Shown piece after piece: positions 30,946-40,624 of a DNA stretch of 64,000 nt; position 1 is the first letter of the stretch; each line of letters starts with the position of its first letter. The notes under the pieces were generated by a model. That model was given only the letters and a program-made list of their open reading frames with translations, was not told where the DNA came from and did no database searches. Source of the DNA: Alphaproteobacteria bacterium (GTDB taxonomy: Bacteria; Pseudomonadota; Alphaproteobacteria; GCA-2731375); the NCBI GenBank assembly GCA_965232515.1, contig CBDDPY010000002.1, forward strand, positions 4,832,001-4,896,000. Direction: 5' to 3'. The position numbers and the translations under genes were made by a program.

Positions 30946-31323
30946 CTAGTCCGGGTGGACGAGCTTCGGCTTGCGCTTGTTCAGGACTTTCAGAACGGCG
31001 TCGAGCCGCTTGCCGGTCTTCAGCACGCGACCGCGGCTGCTGACCTCGTAGCGGTCTTCGCGGCGGCTGCCGGGCCGTTTGCGGATGCGGTAGAGCGGCA
31101 CGTTGGCGACGCGGCCGTAGATCGCGAACACCACGTCCTGGTCGTCGGCGCTGACGGCGTAATCCAGCCAATCGCCGGACATCACCTTGCGGCTATAAAC
31201 CTGAAGAATCTGGTTGAGCTCGTGCTTGTCGAAGAACTCGGTAAGCGCCCGATTGCTTGCACCGCCGCCGGATTGGGCACGGCCCCGGCGGCGGGGCGCC
31301 TCGAATGTAACAACCTCGCTCAT
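30946..31323 (-). CDS. DUF2794 family protein
   Basis: FDKHEL..IL..Y...V..GDW.DYA, PLYRI.K, G.VLK.G..L..VL. Confidence 0.8.
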   Translation of the reverse strand: MSEVVTFEAPRRRGRAQSGGGASNRALTEFFDKHELNQILQVYSRKVMSGDWLDYAVSADDQDVVFAIYGRVANVPLYRIRKRPGSRREDRYEVSSRGRVLKTGKRLDAVLKVLNKRKPKLVHPD

Positions 31324-31483
31324 ACCGCTGATATCTTAGCGCCGTTCCGCCGCTTTGCGACAGAAATGTTACGCGGGCGCCGCGATTCGTTAACCAAGAT
31401 GGCCGGCGCCGCGCTTTCCGGTTTTCATGTCCGGGAAATCCGTTAGGCTTTGGGCTGTGCCGCCCGCCTTATGAGGACAAGCC

Positions 31484-32107
31484 ATGTCTGATACCCGTCC
31501 GCGCCGTTTCGGCTTCCTGATGTTTCCCGCTTTCGAGGAACTCGACCTGATCGGCCCCTGGGAGATGGCGACCATGTGGCGCGATTATTCGGGCGGGCCG
31601 GAATGCCTGACGGTCAGCCAGGCCGGCGGTCCGGTGACCTGCGCCAAGGGCCTGAAATGCGCCGCCGATTACAGCTTCGCCGATTGCCCTGACATCGACT
31701 ATCTGTTGATCCCCGGCGGCTTCTCGGCCTTCGACGAAATGAAGAACGCCGAGCTGGTCGACTGGGTGCGCGGGCAGGGCGCGGCCTGCCAGCATGTGCT
31801 GTCGGTCTGCACCGGCTCGTTCATCCTGCAGGCGGCCGGTCTGCTGGACGGCCGGCAGGCCACGACCCACTGGAAGGCCATGGCGCAACTGGGCGAGCTG
31901 CCGGGCGTCCAGGCCGTCAAGCAACGCTGGGTGCGCGACAGCAACGTCTGGACCTCGGCCGGCGTCTCGGCCGGCATGGATCTGCTGCTGGGCTTTATCG
32001 AGGCGATCGACGGCGCCGAGGCAGCGGGTTCGGTGCAGCACAATGCCGAGTACTATCCCGACGGCCGCATCTACGGCGACGCCGCGCGGGCGGCGAGCGG
32101 CGACTGA
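31484..32107 (+). CDS. DJ-1/PfpI family protein (isonitrile hydratase-like)
   Basis: EELD, IPGG, SVCTG, SAGVSAGMD. Confidence 0.9.
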   Translation: MSDTRPRRFGFLMFPAFEELDLIGPWEMATMWRDYSGGPECLTVSQAGGPVTCAKGLKCAADYSFADCPDIDYLLIPGGFSAFDEMKNAELVDWVRGQGAACQHVLSVCTGSFILQAAGLLDGRQATTHWKAMAQLGELPGVQAVKQRWVRDSNVWTSAGVSAGMDLLLGFIEAIDGAEAAGSVQHNAEYYPDGRIYGDAARAASGD

Positions 32108-32137
32108 ACCTCGAACAACAAAGGGGGGTGAGCGGCT

Positions 32138-33187
32138 ATGGCCGGGCTTTCGCGTGAGGAACTGAAGGGTAAGGCGCAGACTGTGCGCGGCTTGGTCGAG
32201 CCGTCGACGCTCGGCCCGACGCTGATGCACGAGCATCTGCTGTGGGACATCCGCACGCCGACGATGCAGGCCGATCCCGACCAGGGCCCGGAGATCGCGC
32301 TCTGCAACTGCTGGCAGATCAACTACGGCACGCGCAAGGCGCTCAGCAACTACGTCTTCTTCGACCGCGAGATCGCGACGGACGAGGTCGCGAAGATGCG
32401 CACGGCTGGCGGCCAGACCGTGGTCGAGCTGACCGTCGGCGGCCTGAAGCCCGATCCTTTGGGTCTCGTCGGCATCTCGGAAGCGACCGACACCCATATC
32501 GTCATGGGCTGCGGCCACTATGTCGACGAATACCAGGACCCGGCCAACCACGACCGCGGCATTGACGACTTCGCGGCCGAGATGGTGGCGCAGATCCGCG
32601 AGGGCGCCTGGGGCACGGACGTGCGCGCCGGCATCATCGGCGAGATCGGCTGCCAGTCGCCCTGGACCGATCTGGAGAAGCGGGTCATGGCCGGCGCGCT
32701 GATCGCGCAAAGAGAGACCGGCGCGGCGCTCAACGTGCATCCCGGCCGCGATCCCGACCAGCCGCAGGAGGTGGCCGACTTCGTCGCGGCCGAGGGCGGC
32801 GACATGTCGCGCCTGATCATCAGCCATATCGACCGGACCATCTTCGATGACGAAAGGCTGTTCCGCCTCGCCGACTCCGGCTGCGTCATCGAGCTCGATC
32901 TGTTCGGGCAGGAGCAGTCGCACTATCCGCTCAATCTGAAGATCGACTTGCCGAACGATGCCGAGCGCCTGCGCTGGATCCGCCGTCTGATCGACCGCGG
33001 CCACATCGACCAGATCGTCATCTCGCACGACATCTGTTACCGCACCCGGCTCACCTGCTTCGGCGGCCACGGCTACGGCCATATCTTCGAAAACGTGGTG
33101 CCGCTGATGCAGCGCCGCGGCTTCACGCAAGCCGAGATCGACCGCATCACCGTCGAAACTCCGCAGCGCCTGCTGACCTTCGTCTGA
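32138..33187 (+). CDS. Phosphotriesterase-related (PTER-like) amidohydrolase
   Basis: TLMHEHL, GIIGEIGC, HPGR, SHIDRT, SHD, GGHGYGHI. Confidence 0.9.
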   Translation: MAGLSREELKGKAQTVRGLVEPSTLGPTLMHEHLLWDIRTPTMQADPDQGPEIALCNCWQINYGTRKALSNYVFFDREIATDEVAKMRTAGGQTVVELTVGGLKPDPLGLVGISEATDTHIVMGCGHYVDEYQDPANHDRGIDDFAAEMVAQIREGAWGTDVRAGIIGEIGCQSPWTDLEKRVMAGALIAQRETGAALNVHPGRDPDQPQEVADFVAAEGGDMSRLIISHIDRTIFDDERLFRLADSGCVIELDLFGQEQSHYPLNLKIDLPNDAERLRWIRRLIDRGHIDQIVISHDICYRTRLTCFGGHGYGHIFENVVPLMQRRGFTQAEIDRITVETPQRLLTFV

Positions 33188-33212
33188 CCGCGCCATTTAC
33201 GTTCCCATGGCT

Positions 33213-33316
33213 ATCCTTCGAGACGCGGCTTCGCCGCTCCTCAGGATAAGGTTTGTTTTTGATATCAATGCCTTACCTCATGCTGAGGAGACCCCGCAGG
33301 GGTCGTCTCGAAGCAT
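33213..33316. repeat. Inverted REP/RIME doublet (CCTCAT.CTGAGGAG...GTCTCGAAG family)
   Basis: Units 33213-33251 and 33276-33316 in opposite orientation, AT-rich spacer, between convergent genes. Confidence 0.88.
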
Positions 33317-33332
33317 GCGATATCGGTCTCCG

Positions 33333-34181
<849 letters not shown>

Positions 34182-35171
34182 CTATGAGGCCGTCGCCTTG
34201 GCGCCGAGCGACACGTCGAGCCGGATGCAGGCGGCGCTGTGGCCGGCATCGACCGCTGTCAGGGGCGGCGGCGCGGTGCGGCAGGCGTCGATCGCCAGAT
34301 GGCAGCGGTCGGCGAAGGTGCAGCCGGCCGGCAGGTGGGCGAGATCGGGCACGGTGCCGGGAATGGTCGCCAGGCGTTCGCCGGACAGGCGGCCGAGGCG
34401 CGGCATGGCGGCGAACAGGCCTTGGCTGTAGGGGTGCGCCAGCCGCTCGAACAGCGTGTCGGTCGGCCCGGTCTCAACCACGGCGCCGCCATACATGACC
34501 ATGACCTGGTCGACCGTTTCGGCGATGACGCCGAGGTCGTGGCTGATCAGGATCAGGGCCATGCCCAGCTCGTCGACCAGCTCAGCGATCAGATCGAGGA
34601 TCTGGTTCTGGATGGTTACGTCCAGCGCCGTCGTCGGCTCGTCGGCGATCAGCAGGTCGGGCTCGCAGCTCAGCGCCATGGCGATCATCACCCGCTGCCG
34701 CTGCCCGCCCGAAAGCTGGTGCGGAAAGCTGTCCAGCCGCTGCGCCGGGTTCGGGATGCCGACCCGGTCGAGCAGGCGCACGGCTTCCGCCTCGGCGTCT
34801 GCCCGGTTCAGGCCGCGGTGCAGGCGCAGCGGCTCGACCACCTGCCGGCCGATCGTATGCACGGGGTTCAGGCTGGTCATCGGTTCCTGGAACACCATGC
34901 CGATGCGGTTGCCGCGGATCTCGCACATGGCGGCGTCGCCCAGATCCAGCAGGTTCTCGCCGTCCAGCAGCACCCGGCCGGCGGTCTCGGCGCCCTCCGG
35001 CAGCAGGCCCATTAACGCCAGCGCCGTCATCGACTTGCCGCAGCCGGATTCGCCGACGATGCCCAGCGTGTCGCCGCGCGCCAGCGCGAAATCGATGCCG
35101 CGCACGGCGCGCGCGCGGCCGAGGCTGGTGTTCAGCGCGACCTCCAGGCCTTCGACCGTCAGCAAGGTCAT
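34182..35171 (-). CDS. Peptide/nickel ABC transporter ATPase (DppD/OppD-like)
   Basis: GESGCGKS, FQEPMTSLNP, LSGGQRQR, C-terminal HPY and Cys motif. Confidence 0.92.
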   Translation of the reverse strand: MTLLTVEGLEVALNTSLGRARAVRGIDFALARGDTLGIVGESGCGKSMTALALMGLLPEGAETAGRVLLDGENLLDLGDAAMCEIRGNRIGMVFQEPMTSLNPVHTIGRQVVEPLRLHRGLNRADAEAEAVRLLDRVGIPNPAQRLDSFPHQLSGGQRQRVMIAMALSCEPDLLIADEPTTALDVTIQNQILDLIAELVDELGMALILISHDLGVIAETVDQVMVMYGGAVVETGPTDTLFERLAHPYSQGLFAAMPRLGRLSGERLATIPGTVPDLAHLPAGCTFADRCHLAIDACRTAPPPLTAVDAGHSAACIRLDVSLGAKATAS

Positions 35172-35175
35172 GGCG

Positions 35176-36048
35176 CTATCGCTGCCGCGCCAGGCGCGGG
35201 TCCAGCAGGTCGCGCAACCCGTCGCCCATCAGGTTCAGGCCCAGCACGGCGAGCGCGATGGCGACGCCGGGATAGACCGCCAGCATCGGCGCGAAGAACA
35301 TGAAGGTCTGGCTTTCGCTCAGCATCCGGCCCCAGCTCGGGTTCGGCGGCTGCGTGCCGAGGCCGAGATAGCTCAGCGCCGCCTCCGCCAGGATCGCGAT
35401 GGCGAACCAGATCGTCGCCTGGACGACGATGATCGAGGTGATGTTCGGCAGGATATGCTCGAAGGTGATGCGCAGCTTGCCCTTGCCCGCGGCCCGCGCG
35501 GCCAGCACGAATTCCCGGCCCCACATGGCGTTCGCCGCGCCGCGCACGGTGCGGGCGAAGATCGCCACGTTGTAGATGCCGATGGCGACGATGGAGTTGA
35601 CGATGCCGGGTCCCCAGCCGGCCGTGATCAGGATCGCCACCAAAATTGCCGGGAAAGCGTAGGTGAAGTCGGTCAGCCGCATGGCCAGCTCCTCCACCCA
35701 GCCGCGCCGGGCGGCGGCGAACAGGCCGATGGCGGTGCCGCCGATCAACCCGATGCCGACGGCGATGACGCCGACCAGGATCGAGTTCTGCGCGCCCACC
35801 ATGATCAGCGACAGGATATCGCGTCCGAACTGATCGGTGCCCATCCAGTGTTCCCACGACACCGGCTTCAGCTTGGCGCTGACGTCGATCGCGGTCGCCA
35901 CGTGGGGGGTCCAGACCAGCGATACCGCGGCCATCAGGATCATCGCGCCGGTCAGCACCGCGCCGATCACGAAGCTGCGGTGCCGGATCGCGCGGGCCGG
36001 GAAGCTGCGCGCGGCGGCTGCGGCCGGCGCCGCGGCGACGGCCGTCAT
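35176..36048 (-). CDS. Peptide ABC transporter permease (DppC-like)
   Basis: HWMGTDQFGRD, EFVLAARA.G, EAALSYLGLG. Confidence 0.92.
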   Translation of the reverse strand: MTAVAAAPAAAAARSFPARAIRHRSFVIGAVLTGAMILMAAVSLVWTPHVATAIDVSAKLKPVSWEHWMGTDQFGRDILSLIMVGAQNSILVGVIAVGIGLIGGTAIGLFAAARRGWVEELAMRLTDFTYAFPAILVAILITAGWGPGIVNSIVAIGIYNVAIFARTVRGAANAMWGREFVLAARAAGKGKLRITFEHILPNITSIIVVQATIWFAIAILAEAALSYLGLGTQPPNPSWGRMLSESQTFMFFAPMLAVYPGVAIALAVLGLNLMGDGLRDLLDPRLARQR

Positions 36049-36992
36049 TCGTGCACCTTCACGCGCGGGTCGATCACGGCATAGAGCAGGTCGACGATGA
36101 AGTTCACGATCACCACCATGGCCGCCAGGATCACCACCACGTTCATCACCACGACCAGGTCGCGGTTGCTGATCGACTGAAAGATCAGCCGGCCGATGCC
36201 CGGCATGGCGAAGACGTTCTCGATGACGATGGTGCCGGCCAGCAGATTGGCGAATTGCAGGCCCATGATCGTGATCACCGGGATCAGGGCATTGCGCAGC
36301 ACGTGACCCCAGAGTGTCGCGCGCCGGCTCAGTCCCTTCGCCCGGGCCGTGCGCACATAGTCCTCGCGGACCACTTCCAGCACGGCCGATCGGGTGACGC
36401 GGGCCAGGATTGCCGCCTGCACCAGCGCCAGCGCTACCGCCGGCAGGATCAACGCCTGCAGGGCTGGCCAGAACCCGGCCTCCCAACCCGGAAAGCCGCC
36501 CGAGCGGAACCAGCGCAGCTGCACGGCGAAGAACAGGATCAGCAGGATGCCGAACCAGAAGTTCGGCACCGCGATGCCGAGCTGGCTGAAGCCCATGACG
36601 CCGTAATCGCCCAGCGTGTTGTGGCGGGCGGCGGCATAGACGCCCAGCGCCAGCGCGATCACCGTCGTCAGGATCATGGCGATGATCGCCAACGGAATCG
36701 TCAGCGCCAGCCGTTCGCGGATCAGCTCCACCACCGGCACCTTGTAGGTGTAGCTGTTGCCGAGCTCGCCGGTCAGCAATCCGCCGATCCAGGCGAAATA
36801 GCGTTCGTGCGGCGGCCGGTCGAGACCGAGCTCCTTGGTCAGCGCGATGACCGCGCTCTCCGGCGCGTCGACGCCCAGAATCGTCAGCGCCGGATCGCCG
36901 GGCAGCACCTCCAGCACGACGAATACGATGATGGACGTGCCCCACAGCGTCGCGACAAAGGTCAGCAGGCGCTTCGCCAGGAAAATACTCAT
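36045..36992 (-). CDS. Peptide ABC transporter permease (DppB-like)
   Basis: LPGDPA, LGLDRP, EDYVRTARAKG, HVLRNALIP. Confidence 0.92.
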   Translation of the reverse strand: MSIFLAKRLLTFVATLWGTSIIVFVVLEVLPGDPALTILGVDAPESAVIALTKELGLDRPPHERYFAWIGGLLTGELGNSYTYKVPVVELIRERLALTIPLAIIAMILTTVIALALGVYAAARHNTLGDYGVMGFSQLGIAVPNFWFGILLILFFAVQLRWFRSGGFPGWEAGFWPALQALILPAVALALVQAAILARVTRSAVLEVVREDYVRTARAKGLSRRATLWGHVLRNALIPVITIMGLQFANLLAGTIVIENVFAMPGIGRLIFQSISNRDLVVVMNVVVILAAMVVIVNFIVDLLYAVIDPRVKVHE

Positions 36993-37002
36993 GCCGCCAC
37001 GA

Positions 37003-37270
37003 AAACCCGCATTTCTCACTCCCATCATGGCCTGCGCGGTGCCGTGCTGTCGACAGGGCAGGAGCGCTGCGCGGCGCGATGTGGGGCATCGGGCAAGCAG
37101 CGCGACGCCCCCTGTCGGCAGCACGGCGCCGCCCGAAGGGTCGCGCGCAGGCGCCCGCCCGCGGCGTCGCGGCCCTCAACCGTAGTCCCACTACGCTTTT
37201 CGGCCCGCTCCTGGCGGAGCGGACGCCTGTGCGCGACGCAGACCATGATGGGAGTGAGAAATGCGGGTTT
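37003..37270. mobile_element. 268-bp MITE-like structured element, copy 2
   Basis: 34-bp terminal inverted arms (1 mismatch); interior differs from copy 1 at 4 of 200 positions. Confidence 0.85.
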
Positions 37271-37298
37271 GCCCCGGCGGGCTATGGGCGGCAAGCGC

Positions 37299-37919
37299 TT
37301 ACAGGATGCCCGCGGTCTCCAGATCCGCGCGCAGGCGGTCGGGCGACGTGAAATGGTGGCCGTGCATGCCGACGGCCTCGGCGCCTGCGACGTTCGCCGG
37401 GACATCGTCGATGAACACGCAGTCCGACGGCGTCAGATCGTGCCGCTCGAACAGGATCCGGAAGATTTCCGGCTGAGGCTTCAGCGTCTTGACCTCGCCC
37501 GAAACCACGACGCCGTCGAAGGCGTCCAGAAAGGGCCAGAGCTCGCGCGACAGGGTGAACTTCTCGGCCGAGAAGTTAGTGATCGCATAGACCGGACGGT
37601 CACTCGCCTGCAGGGTGCGCAGGATCTCGACCGTACCCTCGATCACGCCGGCAATCATCTCCGGCCAACGTTCGTCATAGGCGCGGATCAACTCGGCCTG
37701 GTCCGGAAACCGTTCGACCAGCTCGGCGACGCCGTCGGCATAGCCGCGGCCCGCGTCGAGCTGCAGATTCCATTCGCGCGTGCAGACGGTCGCCAGGAAA
37801 TGCTCCATGGCGTCGGCATCGTCGAACATCTTGCGATAGAGGTGGCGCGGGTTCCAGTCGAGGAGGACGCCGCCGACGTCGAAGACCGCGATGGAGGGCG
37901 ACTGTTGCATGGCCGGCAT
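37299..37919 (-). CDS. HAD family phosphatase
   Basis: FDVGGVL, ITNFS, KP...IF, FIDD; start at 37919 or 37910. Confidence 0.9.
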   Translation of the reverse strand: MPAMQQSPSIAVFDVGGVLLDWNPRHLYRKMFDDADAMEHFLATVCTREWNLQLDAGRGYADGVAELVERFPDQAELIRAYDERWPEMIAGVIEGTVEILRTLQASDRPVYAITNFSAEKFTLSRELWPFLDAFDGVVVSGEVKTLKPQPEIFRILFERHDLTPSDCVFIDDVPANVAGAEAVGMHGHHFTSPDRLRADLETAGIL

Positions 37920-38018
37920 CTTAGCCAGCGCATCGCCAACACGCCACGGGTCGTAAAAACTGACCTAAAAATGCCCAACTTTTGTCGCGGCGGCGCCAGA
38001 CCGAGCGCCCATATAGTT

Positions 38019-38122
38019 GGGGTGTGGCCCCGTTTCGGGTCAGCCGCTGCCGCAATGGCCCCCCCAACTCCTGAGCCGTGGCGGTTGACCTTGGGGCCAC
38101 ACACCTTTTCCCCTTCTTTTTT
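38019..38122 (+). ncRNA. Candidate small RNA: long hairpin with C-rich loop and U-rich tail
   Basis: GTGTGGCCCC/GGGGCCACAC outer stem, 13-bp inner stem with three G-U pairs on +, loop CCCCCCAACTCCTG, followed by TTTTCCCCTTCTTTTTT. Confidence 0.5.
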
Positions 38123-38238
38123 CGTATGCGCATAGCCATCGCCGTTCGGTTCGGTTACATTTTGTATCGACCGATCCAATTGAGCGCCGCCACGCATTCG
38201 GCGGCCGTTTCCGACGACGATTTGGGAGAGATTTGACG

Positions 38239-38928
38239 ATGGCGATTGTGCTTTACGATCTGGTGGGCGTCGATGACCGGCGTTTCAGCCCGAACTGCTG
38301 GCGCACCCGCATGGCACTGGCGCACAAGGGCCTGGATTGCGATGCCCGGCCGACCCGCTTCACCGAGATCAAGGCGATCTGCGACGGCGGTCAGAAAACG
38401 ATCCCCGTGATCGAGGACGGGGACAACACCGTCGCCGACTCCTGGGTCATCGCCAACTATCTGGAAGAAACCTATCCCGACCGGCCGTCGCTGTTCGGTG
38501 GCGACGGCGGCCGCGCCGTTTCGGTCTTCTTTCAGAACTGGGTCAATACCATCGTCAATCCGGGCGTCGTGAAATCGGTTGTCGCCGATATCCACGACCA
38601 TCTGACGCCGGAAGACCAGGACTACTTCCGGACGACGCGGGAAAAGTTTCTCGGCGCCGGGCTGGAGGACATCCAAGGCGGCCGGGACGAGCGGCTGGAG
38701 GCCTTCCGCGCCACGCTGACACCGCTGCGCCAGACCTTGAAGGCGCAGCCGTTCGTTTGCGGCGACAGCCCGCTTTACGCCGATTATCTGGCCTTCGCGC
38801 CGTTCCAGTGGGCGCGGTCGATCAGTTCGTTCAAGCTGCTCGCCGATGACGATCCGATTACCGGCTGGTTTCAACGTTGTCTCGACCTGTATGATGGCCT
38901 GGGACGAAAGTCCAAGGGTTACGATTGA
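38239..38928 (+). CDS. Glutathione S-transferase (LigE-like subfamily)
   Basis: LYDL, FSPNCWRTRMALAHKGL, PVIEDG, DSW.IA.YLE, YADY. Confidence 0.9.
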   Translation: MAIVLYDLVGVDDRRFSPNCWRTRMALAHKGLDCDARPTRFTEIKAICDGGQKTIPVIEDGDNTVADSWVIANYLEETYPDRPSLFGGDGGRAVSVFFQNWVNTIVNPGVVKSVVADIHDHLTPEDQDYFRTTREKFLGAGLEDIQGGRDERLEAFRATLTPLRQTLKAQPFVCGDSPLYADYLAFAPFQWARSISSFKLLADDDPITGWFQRCLDLYDGLGRKSKGYD

Positions 38929-38955
38929 GTGAGATGAACGTCGGGGGTTCGGCAG

Positions 38956-40197
38956 ATGGCGGATGACATGAAGGTGCTTTACAGCGGCGGCGGCGTATTT
39001 GACGGCGACAGGATGTTGCCGGACGGCACCGCCGTCCTGGCGGAAGGCCCGCGTGTCGTCGCTATCGCGCCGGCCGGCGAATTCGACGGATTTGCCGGCG
39101 AAACCGTCGACACCACGGGCGGGACGCTGCTGCCCGGCCTAATCGACTGCCATGTGCACCTCTGTCTGGGCGCCGAAGGCGATCCGGGCGGCGCCGGCGA
39201 CAAGCTGATGCCGGGCCAGATGGTGATGAAAGCGCTGGAGCGGGCGCAGGCATCGCTCGCCGGCGGCATCACCGCCGTGCGGGACTGCGGCGGCAAGGAT
39301 TTCCTGGAATTTGCCGTCCGTGACGCCTGCAACCAGGGTCGGTTCCTCGGCCCCAGCATCCGCGCCTCGGGCCGGGTGATCTGCATGACCGGCGGTCACG
39401 GCAACCGCAACGGCCGGATCGCCGACGGCGTCGACGAGGTCGTCAAGGCCGTGCGCGAGCAGGTGCACGCCGGCAGCGATCTGGTCAAGATCATGGCCAC
39501 CGGCGGCGTCATGACGCCCGGCGTCAATCCCGAGGACGCGCACTATTCGGCCGAGGAGATGGCGGCCGGCATCGGCGAGGCCAAGCGCTTTCACAAACGC
39601 ACCGCCAGCCACGCCCAGGGCGCCGAGGGCGTGCTGAACGCCACCCGCGGTGGCGTCGATTCCATCGAGCACGGCATCTTCCTGACCGAGAAGTGCGTCG
39701 AGGAGATGGTCGAGCGCGGCACCTTCCTGGTGCCGACCCTGGCGGCGATCCGCAACATCATCGCCCGCAAGGACGAAGTCGCCGACTACGTGATCGAGAA
39801 ATCGCTTCGGGTCGAAGGCGCCCACCGCCGCTCGATCAAGATGTTCTATGACGCCGGCGGCAAGATCGCCATGGGCACGGATGCCGGCACGCCGTTCAAC
39901 CAGCACGGCGCCAACGCGCAGGAGCTCGCCTATATGGTCGATGTCGGCATCTCGCCGATCGACGCCTTGCGCATGTCGACCAGCGCGGCGGCCGAGCTGG
40001 TCGACCTGCCCGACGAAGGCCACATCGCGGAAGGCGCTTTCGCCGATCTGCTCGTGGTCGAGGGCGACCCGACCCGCGACATCGCCATGGCCGCCGACAA
40101 GGAGAACCATCGCATGGTGGTCAAGCGCGGCGTACCGGTCAGCGCGCGCAGCCTGGCGCTCGCCACGACCGCGCGGCAGGCGATGGCGGCATTCTGA
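38956..40197 (+). CDS. Metal-dependent amidohydrolase (Xaa-Pro dipeptidase-like)
   Basis: PGLIDCHVHL, KIMATGG, HAQG, SIEHG, GTDAG. Confidence 0.9.
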   Translation: MADDMKVLYSGGGVFDGDRMLPDGTAVLAEGPRVVAIAPAGEFDGFAGETVDTTGGTLLPGLIDCHVHLCLGAEGDPGGAGDKLMPGQMVMKALERAQASLAGGITAVRDCGGKDFLEFAVRDACNQGRFLGPSIRASGRVICMTGGHGNRNGRIADGVDEVVKAVREQVHAGSDLVKIMATGGVMTPGVNPEDAHYSAEEMAAGIGEAKRFHKRTASHAQGAEGVLNATRGGVDSIEHGIFLTEKCVEEMVERGTFLVPTLAAIRNIIARKDEVADYVIEKSLRVEGAHRRSIKMFYDAGGKIAMGTDAGTPFNQHGANAQELAYMVDVGISPIDALRMSTSAAAELVDLPDEGHIAEGAFADLLVVEGDPTRDIAMAADKENHRMVVKRGVPVSARSLALATTARQAMAAF

Positions 40198-40280
40198 AAT
40201 CTCAGAATTCGGGACGATTCAGTAATTCGTAAGGTTACCGCGCCATTATCCATGTCCGCATTGGACATGGATGACGCGCG

Positions 40281-40541
40281 ATGGGCGAATTGCTGTTGAA
40301 TGAGGACCAGATCGTCACGCCCCTGACGGCGGAAGAACTCGTGCAATCCTTGCCGCGGCAGCGCCTGCGCGAATTGCTCGCGTCGCTGCGCGGTAGCCGC
40401 GGCCGCTTCTACCGGACGAAGCAAGGCGAGGTCATCTACGAGACCCGGGACGACGGCACCACCATGCCGCTGAGGGAATTCGCCCGCGAGCTCAAAGGCC
40501 TGCGCCCGACCAACCTCCACAGTCTCGACATCAACGCCTGA
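40281..40541 (+). CDS. Hypothetical 86-aa protein
   Basis: ATG-start ORF with host-like GC3 codon bias filling the intergenic gap; no recognised family. Confidence 0.65.
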   Translation: MGELLLNEDQIVTPLTAEELVQSLPRQRLRELLASLRGSRGRFYRTKQGEVIYETRDDGTTMPLREFARELKGLRPTNLHSLDINA

Positions 40542-40624
40542 ATCCTTCGGGAGCGTTGCACGGGCCGTCTCCCGCCCGAACTTCGATCTCGGTGGCGACG
40601 TTTCGTTAACCATGCTAGCGTGCC

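Noticed and set aside
35176-37191. 671-aa ORF and 18184-18648 ORF sharing the peptide GLRLRAATPRAGACARPFG
   Set aside because: The shared peptide is a translation of the 268-bp repeat; the real permease starts at 36048
38019-38122. Assignment of the hairpin as SRP, 6S or tRNA
   Set aside because: Lacks the SRP CAGG..GGAA..AGCAG motif, is too short for 6S, and has no cloverleaf or TTCGA loop
38239-38928. Calling the GST a lignin beta-etherase
   Set aside because: Only subfamily-level resemblance; no ligD, ligF or ligG context
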